From NCBI GenBank assembly GCA_046292975.1, contig JBKBPW010000001.1:1-46682 (forward strand): 46,682 nt of DNA, given 5' to 3'. Under the pieces are notes generated by a model. That model searched no databases and was not told where the DNA came from. It was given only the letters and a program-made list of their open reading frames with translations. Origin of the DNA: Thermodesulfovibrionales bacterium (lineage in GTDB: Bacteria; Nitrospirota; Thermodesulfovibrionia; Thermodesulfovibrionales; CALJEL01). A program made the position numbers and the translations under genes. Position 1 is the stretch's first letter. Every line of letters starts with the position of its first letter. Below, one piece after another: positions 8,676-17,485 of this stretch.

Positions 8676-8943
8676 TAATCTTACCCTTTCTTATTATCCC
8701 TGCTATATAATGGGAATCTACCCTCCTTGACCATCTTACAAGGCCTATTTCATTGTTATTTATTATGAGTACATGGCCTGGCTCAAGCGGAAAATGAGTT
8801 TGAATACATAATCCGCTTTCACTCCTGTTTATGATCTTGCCCTCTGCCTCTACCCTTTTAGTTTCAAGGAACTCATGTATATTTAATGAGAAGATTATGT
8901 GCTCTAAAATTTGCTCTCTTGTATGCCTTCTTCTTTCCTCCAT
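8656..8943 (-). CDS. PilZ domain protein (putative c-di-GMP receptor)
   Basis: 95 aa carrying both halves of the PilZ binding signature: RRHTR (RxxxR) near the N-terminus and NRSESG ((D/N)xSxxG). Confidence 0.7.
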   Translation of the reverse strand: MEERRRHTREQILEHIIFSLNIHEFLETKRVEAEGKIINRSESGLCIQTHFPLEPGHVLIINNNEIGLVRWSRRVDSHYIAGIIRKGKINGLSEN

Positions 8944-8992
8944 GTCATATTATATCATAAGCTGGTAGCAGGGGCAATTCCGAATTGCCCTT

Positions 8993-9305
8993 CTGTAAAT
9001 TGCAGATAGAAAAAGGGCAGGCTGCCTCAATGCCTTTACAATGCGACAATTTTTATTTATCCTGTAAAAGAAGGTTTTCATCCAAAAGGTGAGCTTGGTA
9101 AGGTATAGTAAGCTTATTAATAGCATTACATTAAGGTGTGCCAATGCCTGAAAAAGAACCTTACACTATTTCGGGGGTTCGTGGGGGAAAAGCTTGCTTT
9201 TCCCCCACGCTGTAGGACCTTATGAACTGGCACCTCAAGCCTATTTCGGCAACCTGCCCTTTTTTATTTAAGGTTTGTTGTAGATATTCTATCGGCAATT
9301 TCCAT
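8993..9305. mobile_element. MITE-like non-autonomous element (about 310 bp) with terminal inverted repeats and target-site duplication
   Basis: The left end is ctgtaaattgcagataga and the right end reverse-complemented is atggaaattgccgataga. A second inverted pair is aaaaagggcaggctgcc / ggcaacctgccctttttt. The element is flanked by the direct repeat ATTGCCCTT at 8984-8992 and 9304-9312. About 100 bp of the interior is homologous to 20986-21085. No ORF of any credibility lies inside. Confidence 0.6.
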
Positions 9306-9342
9306 TGCCCTTGGTTGCACATATCTCGCAGGCTCCCTAAGT

Positions 9343-9475
9343 AGGCTATAGGCTATAGGCTGAAGAAATAGTGCTACAGTGCGACAGTGCCAACTTAGTG
9401 CGACAGTGCGACAGTGCTACAGTGCGACAGTCGCACGGTCGCACTATCGCTCTATCGCCTTAAGCCTTAAGCCTA
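9343..9475. repeat. Imperfect long palindrome built from tandem 7- and 8-nt words
   Basis: The sequence reads (TAGGCTA)x3, then (AGTGCGAC/AGTGCTAC) about x7, then (TCGCACNN/TCGCTCTA)x3-4, then (GCCTTAA)x2. The right blocks are reverse complements of the left blocks. Confidence 0.75.
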
Positions 9476-9478
9476 TTG

Positions 9479-9487
9479 TGGTATAAT
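9479..9487 (+). promoter_or_regulatory. Candidate extended -10 element (TGGTATAAT) upstream of the HEPN gene
   Basis: TGnTATAAT lies 21 nt upstream of ATG 9508, immediately after the palindromic word array. Confidence 0.3.
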
Positions 9488-9507
9488 TTTAAAAAGGAAC
9501 ACTAAAT

Positions 9508-9897
9508 ATGAATAGATGGAAAGATTGGTATGAACAGGGGAAGCGTGATTTGGGTCGGGCGAGGTTAGATCTTGAGCATGGCTATTATGAGTGGGCATGT
9601 TTTACATCTCAGCAATCAGCAGAAAAGATTATAAAGGCACTGGCACTTAGATATGGTCTGAATATGTGGGGGCACTCCCTGACCGAGATGCTCAGCATCC
9701 TATCCAGGCACATTGATATTAATCAAGAGATAAAAGATAGGGCAAGGCTCCTTGACATGTATTATATACCACCGAGATATCCAAATGGTTTCCCATCGGG
9801 CAAACCCGCAGATTATTTCACAGAGAGACAGGCAAAGGAGGCTATAGATGCGGCAGATAATATCATCAGGTTCTGTGAAGGCCTTCTTTTTAGATAG
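9508..9897 (+). CDS. HEPN domain protein (toxin-like partner of the HEPN/nucleotidyltransferase pair)
   Basis: 129 aa with the helical HEPN pattern ...CFTSQQSAEKIIKALALRYG...WGHSLTEML... Confidence 0.8.
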   Translation: MNRWKDWYEQGKRDLGRARLDLEHGYYEWACFTSQQSAEKIIKALALRYGLNMWGHSLTEMLSILSRHIDINQEIKDRARLLDMYYIPPRYPNGFPSGKPADYFTERQAKEAIDAADNIIRFCEGLLFR

Positions 9898-10207
9898 AGA
9901 AAAGGTCCTTAAAAAATTGAAGGATGCCTCAATGGAGGCATCACAAATATTCCCGGAAATTCAAGAGATAAGACTTTTTGGTTCTTTTGCAAGGGGAGAA
10001 AATACAGGGCTGAGCGATATTGATCTCTTTATATTAACAGATCATGCTGAAGGTAATCCTGTTGAAAGGATAAAGCCTTATTTTAGATATTTTTCAGATA
10101 AGATAGAGATAGCTATTGATATAATTGTTGCCACCAAAGAGGAGGCTGGAATGTTTCAATATTTATTACAAGATAGCCTTATTTTGTACAGCAAGGAATC
10201 CAGATAG
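9848..10207 (+). CDS. Minimal nucleotidyltransferase (MNT, NTP_transf_2 family)
   Basis: 119 aa with the signature LFGSFARGENTGLSDIDLFIL (GSxxRG...SDxD). The ATG at 9848 overlaps the HEPN gene by 50 nt. An alternative GTG start at 9875 would overlap it by 23 nt. Confidence 0.8.
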   Translation: MRQIISSGSVKAFFLDREKVLKKLKDASMEASQIFPEIQEIRLFGSFARGENTGLSDIDLFILTDHAEGNPVERIKPYFRYFSDKIEIAIDIIVATKEEAGMFQYLLQDSLILYSKESR

Positions 10208-10273
10208 TGAATTAGTGAGGTATGCAAGTGAAAGATACGGGATTCAAGATACAATATTCAAGATCATGTATGA

Positions 10274-12260
<1,987 letters not shown>

Positions 12261-12272
12261 TTTAAAGGCATG

Positions 12273-12947
12273 TCACAACCCTCTCAAAAAATTAAGAACC
12301 TCATTTACATCTCCCATATCCTCAAATACCACATCTGCACCTGCCTTTTTAAGGTCTTCAGGCTTATAAGGACCTGTGGCAACACCAATACATCTTGCAC
12401 CATAGGGTTTTGAGCAATAGACATCCCTTGGGGTGTCTCCAATAACAATACAATCCTCTGGTCTGAATTCTTTCCCTGTGAGCAGCTTAAACCTTTCTAT
12501 TGCAATGGGTAAAAGACTGTTTCTGTCTTCATGGTCACTTCCAAAGGCACCTGATGTAAAATATCTATTCAAACCAAAAGGCTCAAGCTTTATCCTTGCA
12601 CCTTGTTCAAGATTGCCTGTGAGAAGTCCGAGGTGGACATCCTTTTCTGCTGATAGATTTTCAAGGAGTTCTTTGATACCCGGCTTGAGGTGTCTCAAGG
12701 GATTATTGATTTCTTTTTTAAGATTTCTGAGATAACTCTCAACAATGAGGGGCAGATTTCCATCAACAGATATACCATGTCTTAAGAGTCCCTCTTTCAT
12801 TATCTGTATGTCTGTCTTACCAGCCATCTGTATATCCCTGAAGGCATCCCTTATGGAGAAGAGCTCCCAGAAGGCAAGATTCAGTGACCTTGTGCCTGCC
12901 TCACCAGAATCAATAAGCGTGCCATCTACGTCAAATAGAAGGAGCAT
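12273..12947 (-). CDS. HAD superfamily hydrolase (phosphoglycolate phosphatase-like)
   Basis: 224 aa with motif I LFDVDGTLIDS, motif II LLTGN and motif IV VIGDTPRD. Confidence 0.8.
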   Translation of the reverse strand: MLLLFDVDGTLIDSGEAGTRSLNLAFWELFSIRDAFRDIQMAGKTDIQIMKEGLLRHGISVDGNLPLIVESYLRNLKKEINNPLRHLKPGIKELLENLSAEKDVHLGLLTGNLEQGARIKLEPFGLNRYFTSGAFGSDHEDRNSLLPIAIERFKLLTGKEFRPEDCIVIGDTPRDVYCSKPYGARCIGVATGPYKPEDLKKAGADVVFEDMGDVNEVLNFLRGL

Positions 12948-12973
12948 TGTTAATTATAACAGAAAAATAATCA

Positions 12974-13092
12974 AGGCTGAAGGCATTAGGCTTAAAGCGA
13001 GAGGCTTAGGCTTGGTGAAGTGGTGAAAAAGTGAATCGGTTTATTGGTGAATTGGTGAAGCGGTGAAGAGGCCCATTCACCCATTCATTCAC
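12974..13092. repeat. Tandem word array: AGGCTNN words, then (NGGTGAAN)n, then reverse-complement CATTCAC words
   Basis: The sequence is aggctgaaggcattaggcttaaagcgagaggcttaggcttggtgaagtggtgaaaaagtgaatcggtttattggtgaattggtgaagcggtgaagaggcccattcacccattcattcac. The 40-nt core at 13046-13085 matches 24729-24768 at 35/40 by hand alignment. Confidence 0.7.
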
Positions 13093-13981
13093 TATTTACC
13101 AGTATCACAAACCCTCCAAGCATGAGGACTGTACCGATAAGTCTTTCCCTGAAATTCTTTTCCTTGAAGAATATATGGCCATAGATAACTCCTATCAGGA
13201 GGCTGAGTCTTTTTACAGATATCATATAGGAGACCTTTGTAAGGTCAAGGCTCAGCATGTGAAATATTATCATCAGTCCATAGAAAATACCCGGGATAAA
13301 AAGCCTTTTATAATTTCCTTCAAGGAAGAATCTTTTAATATTCTTCCTCCCGAGCCAGAGGCTCAATGGAGCGGTCAATATCACAAGCACCGTGAAATAG
13401 GTAATTCCAAAAAACAGTGCTGATGAATGTTCAATGGCAACCTTGCCAAGGGATGAGGTGATGCTGTATATGAAGGCTACTGCTATCATATAAAGCGAAC
13501 CCTTTTCCTTTGTTATTGCCCTGAAGGGTTCAAGGAGACCTATCCTTGCAGTTGATATATTGAGCATATACCCACCTGTAACAATAAGCATTATCCCTGT
13601 CCCAGCAAATACTGAAATGGTTTCACCAGCAATCAGGCTTGATGATAATATCAGGAAAAGGGGAGTGAGACTGAGAAATGGCAGTGTAAGACTGAGGGGA
13701 GAGCTTTTCAAGGCCTTTATATAGAGAAATACTGTGATAATCTCCAGTGGAAGGGCTGAGAAAAAGGCAAGCATAAAGGTCCTGTCAATCTCTGGTATTT
13801 CTATGAAAAACCACAGGACTGCGAGGACTGGAAGGGTAAAAAGGAGCCTTGCCCATGCAACAAGGTATTCATCCTGATCCTTTACAGCCCTTTTTGTGAG
13901 GGCATCTGAGGTTGCAAGCATGAAGGCTGCACCAAGGGCGAGAATAACCCATTGCTGCAGGAAGTTACAATTCAGGGGCAT
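13085..13981 (-). CDS. EamA/DMT superfamily transporter
   Basis: 298 aa with about 10 TM helices arranged as two EamA-like halves. Confidence 0.8.
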   Translation of the reverse strand: MPLNCNFLQQWVILALGAAFMLATSDALTKRAVKDQDEYLVAWARLLFTLPVLAVLWFFIEIPEIDRTFMLAFFSALPLEIITVFLYIKALKSSPLSLTLPFLSLTPLFLILSSSLIAGETISVFAGTGIMLIVTGGYMLNISTARIGLLEPFRAITKEKGSLYMIAVAFIYSITSSLGKVAIEHSSALFFGITYFTVLVILTAPLSLWLGRKNIKRFFLEGNYKRLFIPGIFYGLMIIFHMLSLDLTKVSYMISVKRLSLLIGVIYGHIFFKEKNFRERLIGTVLMLGGFVILVNSE

Positions 13982-14554
13982 TTATTTTTTTAAGTCTCTT
14001 CCAGCAGCAAAGGCCTTTCCAAGAAATTTACCTGTGCCATAATAGAGCCTTGTCTCGGGTACAAAAAAGAATGGCTTTATCTTTTCTACATCAGGTCTCT
14101 TGTTTTGATCCAGTTTATCTTCATCTATCTTTACATCAAGTATCTCACCTATGAACTGGGTATGAAGACCGATCTCAATGATATGATTTACCTTGCATTC
14201 CAGAATTACAGGAAATTCCTTTACATAGGGTGCATTCACATGCTCTGCCTTTTCAGGTGTGAGGCCTGTTGCCCTGAATTTGTCTTCCTGCCTTCCAGAG
14301 ACCATGCCAAAATAATCAGCCTCTTTTAATTGTTCTTCTGATGGGATGCTTACAGTAAAGGCCTTTTTATCCACGAGATTTGAATAGGTATAGGTTGCCT
14401 TTCTTACTGAAATGGCAATTGATGGAGGCTGACTGCAGCATATGCCTCCCCAGGCAACTATCATTACATTTGGCTTACCTTCTTTATCATAGGTACCTAC
14501 TGCAAGGACAGGTGTTGGAAATAAGATCGGTTTTGCTCCAAGAGATTTTTTCAT
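13982..14554 (-). CDS. Flavin reductase-like FMN-binding domain protein
   Basis: 190 aa with the flavin reductase-like fold pattern ([25 protein letters not shown]...). Confidence 0.8.
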   Translation of the reverse strand: MKKSLGAKPILFPTPVLAVGTYDKEGKPNVMIVAWGGICCSQPPSIAISVRKATYTYSNLVDKKAFTVSIPSEEQLKEADYFGMVSGRQEDKFRATGLTPEKAEHVNAPYVKEFPVILECKVNHIIEIGLHTQFIGEILDVKIDEDKLDQNKRPDVEKIKPFFFVPETRLYYGTGKFLGKAFAAGRDLKK

Positions 14555-14566
14555 GAAACCTCCTCC

Positions 14567-15040
14567 TTAAAGGAGCTTTAATTCTTTTAGTATCTCAGCC
14601 ACTTTTTCATCCTTTTGGGCCAGATTTATAAAGGCCTCAAGGAGTGAATGAAGCTTTTCTTTGTTATTTACGAGTTCATCTTCTATTTCTTTTACTTTTC
14701 TTTCAAAGGGTCTTATCATTGTCCTTCTATCCCACAGGGCAAAACCTATGGTTGCAGAGACTATTGCAGAAAAGATGCCAGCCAGTATCCACATAAATGT
14801 GAACATATCATCAAACCTTTTGTCAATCTGCTCAAACCTTTTGTCAATCTGCTCAAACCTTTTGTCAATCTGCTCAAACCTTTTGTCAATCTGCTCAAAC
14901 CTTTTATCTATCTCTCCAAGTTTTGCCTCTATTCTTATGATCCTATCCCTATCTTCAAGAGTAAAAAGTATCTCCTTTGCCTGTAAGGTTTGTGCAGAAA
15001 AAAAGACAGCTATTAAAAAAGACAGTAAAAATTTTTTCAT
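14567..15040 (-). CDS. Hypothetical secreted/membrane-anchored coiled-coil protein with (FEQIDKR)n heptad repeats
   Basis: 157 aa with a signal peptide MKKFLLSFLIAVFFSAQTLQA, five tandem heptads, one TM helix (WILAGIFSAIVSATIGFALW) and a C-terminal helical tail. Confidence 0.6.
   Translation of the reverse strand: MKKFLLSFLIAVFFSAQTLQAKEILFTLEDRDRIIRIEAKLGEIDKRFEQIDKRFEQIDKRFEQIDKRFEQIDKRFDDMFTFMWILAGIFSAIVSATIGFALWDRRTMIRPFERKVKEIEDELVNNKEKLHSLLEAFINLAQKDEKVAEILKELKLL
14811..14915. repeat. 21-bp tandem repeat, 4 perfect plus 1 degenerate copies (tcaaaccttttgtcaatctgc)
   Basis: Counted directly. Perfect units are at 14811, 14832, 14853 and 14874, with a degenerate unit at 14895. The repeat is in frame and encodes the DKRFEQI heptads on the minus strand. 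Confidence 0.9.
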
Positions 15041-15054
15041 ATTACCTCCTGTTT

Positions 15055-16023
15055 TCAGGCTATCCCTTTTTTAAGTATATCATGAATATGAATGATGCCC
15101 TCAATTCTGCCCTTTTCATCAGGCACTATAAGGGAGGTAATGGATTTTTCCTCCATGATTGCCAGTGCCTTTGCAGCAAGTTCATCAGCAGAGATGGTCT
15201 TTGGATTTCTGGTCATAACCTCTCCTGCCTTCATGTCAAAAAATGCCTTTCCATACTTCTGGATTCCCCTCCTCAGGTCACCATCTGTAATAATACCTAT
15301 TACCTTTCTATCAGAATCAACGACTGCTGTAGCTCCCAGTCTCTTGGATGATATCTCCATTATGGCATCTGTCATCAATGCATCAGGCCCTACAACTGGC
15401 AGGGCATCTCCTGTATGCATGAGGTCTCTGACCCTGATAAAAAGTCTTTTTCCGAGACTACCGCCTGGATGATACATGGCAAAGTCTTCTTCTTTAAATC
15501 CTCTTTTTATTAAGAGGGCAACTGCAAGGGCATCGCCCATTGCGAGGGTTGCTGTTGTGGAGGCGGTGGGAACTATTCCCAGTGGGCAGGCCTCTTCCTT
15601 TATTGTTACATCAAGATTAAGGTCAGCCTGCTGGGCAAGTGTAGAACCATTATTTCCTGTGATGGATATGAGCTTTACATTGAATCTTTTCAGGAATGGA
15701 ATGAGTCTTATGACCTCCTCGGTCTCTCCACTATTTGATATGGCTATTACCACATCATCAGAGGTGACCATTCCAAGATCACCATGGCTTGCCTCTGCTG
15801 GGTGCATGAAGAAGGCAGGTGTCCCTGTTGAGGCAAGAGTTGCGGCAATCTTTTTTCCAATGAGCCCGGACTTACCCATCCCTGTTACAACAACCCTTCC
15901 TTTAGAATTGAGTATTAGCTCAACTGCCTTTTCAAAGGAATGGTCAAGCCTCTCCAGAAGACCATAGATTGCCTCTGCCTCAATCTTGAGAACCCTTTTT
16001 GCTGTCTCTATTATATTGCTCAT
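15055..16023 (-). CDS. kpsF: Arabinose-5-phosphate isomerase (KpsF/GutQ family; SIS plus tandem CBS domains)
   Basis: 322 aa with the SIS motif GRVVVTGMGKSG and two C-terminal CBS domains. Confidence 0.9.
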   Translation of the reverse strand: MSNIIETAKRVLKIEAEAIYGLLERLDHSFEKAVELILNSKGRVVVTGMGKSGLIGKKIAATLASTGTPAFFMHPAEASHGDLGMVTSDDVVIAISNSGETEEVIRLIPFLKRFNVKLISITGNNGSTLAQQADLNLDVTIKEEACPLGIVPTASTTATLAMGDALAVALLIKRGFKEEDFAMYHPGGSLGKRLFIRVRDLMHTGDALPVVGPDALMTDAIMEISSKRLGATAVVDSDRKVIGIITDGDLRRGIQKYGKAFFDMKAGEVMTRNPKTISADELAAKALAIMEEKSITSLIVPDEKGRIEGIIHIHDILKKGIA

Positions 16024-16025
16024 AT

Positions 16026-17384
16026 CTACTGCTCTACTGCTCTAATAATAGACTCCTCAATTATATCAAGGAATCTTTCCAGATTCTCCATACTTATGCT
16101 GAGTGGTGGCATTATTACTATTATATTACCAAGGGGTCTTATAAAGACACCTCTCTGCCTTGCTTCATATGCTACCTTCCAGCCGGTTCTGTCAATATAA
16201 CCAAAGGATTCTTTTGTCTTTTTATCTTTAACAAGTTCTATCCCGGCTATGAAACCGCATTGCCTCACATCTCCTACATGGTCAAGTTCCCTCAGTCTTT
16301 CGAGCCTCTCATGAAGGAATTTTATCTTGGGCCTGAGATTTTCAAGGACCCTGTCTTTTTCAAATATATCAAGACTTGCCAGGGCGGCAGCGCAGGCAAG
16401 CTGATTTCCTGTGTAGGAGTGGCCGTGAAAAAAGGTCTTGAGGTCTTCAAATCTTCCAAGAAAGGCATTGAATATCTCCTCAGTTGCAATAGTAACACCC
16501 AGTGGAAGATAACCACCTGTAATTCCCTTTGAAAGGCAGATAATATCAGGTCTTACCTCTTCGTGTTCAACTGCAAAGAATCGGCCTGTTCTTCCAAAGC
16601 CAGTGGCAACCTCATCAGCAATCATGAGGATATTGTATTTTGTACAGAGTTCGCTCACACCTTTAAGATAACCAGGAGGCTGGGTTATCATTCCGCCTGC
16701 TGCCTGTACAAGAGGTTCAATTATGAGTGCTACAATCTCTTCATGGTGTTTTGAAAATATCTCTTCAAGACTTCCAAGACATTCTATCCTACAGCCTGGA
16801 TAGCTCCTGCCGAGTTCACATCTGTAACAATATGGTGATGGTGCCCTGTAGGTCTTAAAAAGAAGTGGTTTAAAGGTGCTGTGAAAGATATCTATACCAC
16901 CTACGCTGACAGCCCCAAGGGTGTCACCATGATAGCCATTATTAAGACAAACAAAGGCAACCCTTCCCTTTTCACCTTTGTGGACCCAGTACTGAAAGGC
17001 CATTTTTAAGGCAACCTCTACTGCTGTAGAGCCATCATCTGAATAAAAGACCTTTTTGAGACCCAGAGGCACAAGTCCTACAAGTCTTTCTGCAAGAAGT
17101 ATTGATGGCACATTTGCCATTCCAAGAAGTGTTGAATGGCTAATAAGGTCAAGCTGGGCTTTTATGGCATCATTTATTTCCTTACGAGCATGACCGTGGA
17201 TATTCACCCACAGAGAGGAAACACCATCAAGATACCACCTGCCTTTAATGTCCTTTATAAAACAGTCCCTTCCTTCAACTATAATAACAGGTTCAGTCTC
17301 CATCCATTCCTTCATCTGTGTGAAGGGATGCCAGAGATAGAGTCTATCAAGCTCAATTAGTCTGTCTATGTCCTTTAGATTCAT
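16026..17384 (-). CDS. bioA: Adenosylmethionine-8-amino-7-oxononanoate aminotransferase
   Basis: 452 aa class-III aminotransferase with LWHPFTQM at the N-terminus, YHGDT, ADEVATGFGRTG and the PLP lysine in LSKGITGGYLP. Confidence 0.9.
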   Translation of the reverse strand: MNLKDIDRLIELDRLYLWHPFTQMKEWMETEPVIIVEGRDCFIKDIKGRWYLDGVSSLWVNIHGHARKEINDAIKAQLDLISHSTLLGMANVPSILLAERLVGLVPLGLKKVFYSDDGSTAVEVALKMAFQYWVHKGEKGRVAFVCLNNGYHGDTLGAVSVGGIDIFHSTFKPLLFKTYRAPSPYCYRCELGRSYPGCRIECLGSLEEIFSKHHEEIVALIIEPLVQAAGGMITQPPGYLKGVSELCTKYNILMIADEVATGFGRTGRFFAVEHEEVRPDIICLSKGITGGYLPLGVTIATEEIFNAFLGRFEDLKTFFHGHSYTGNQLACAAALASLDIFEKDRVLENLRPKIKFLHERLERLRELDHVGDVRQCGFIAGIELVKDKKTKESFGYIDRTGWKVAYEARQRGVFIRPLGNIIVIMPPLSISMENLERFLDIIEESIIRAVEQ

Positions 17385-17485
17385 GTTGCTATATTTGCTT
17401 CACCCATTCACCTGTTACCCCTATTGTCTTTGAAATGCACTTTATTATATGATTGAGACAATCCTGAATACAAGGAGGTGTACTG

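Noticed and set aside
8950-9144. 64-aa minus-strand ORF
   Set aside because: It lies entirely inside the MITE at 8993-9305, with no RBS and low-complexity content.
9160-9260. Conserved MITE core (tttcgggggttcgtggggg...) as a tRNA-like or other known structured RNA
   Set aside because: GGTTCG resembles a T-loop, but no acceptor or anticodon arms can be drawn. The second copy lacks the hairpin, and the target duplications favour a mobile-element explanation.
9343-9475. Possible CRISPR array
   Set aside because: The units are 7-8 nt and directly abutting with no spacers. Half of the array is the reverse complement of the other half, and no cas genes are present in the window.
14648-15074. Plus-strand ORFs across the 21-bp tandem repeat
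   Set aside because: The repeat keeps every frame open. The minus-strand frame has a signal peptide, a TM helix and a heptad logic, so it is the credible one.
15092-15967. Plus-strand ORFs 15092..15472 and 15476..15967
   Set aside because: They are antisense to the well-supported kpsF gene and Ser/Ala/Pro-rich, as expected for a mirror frame.
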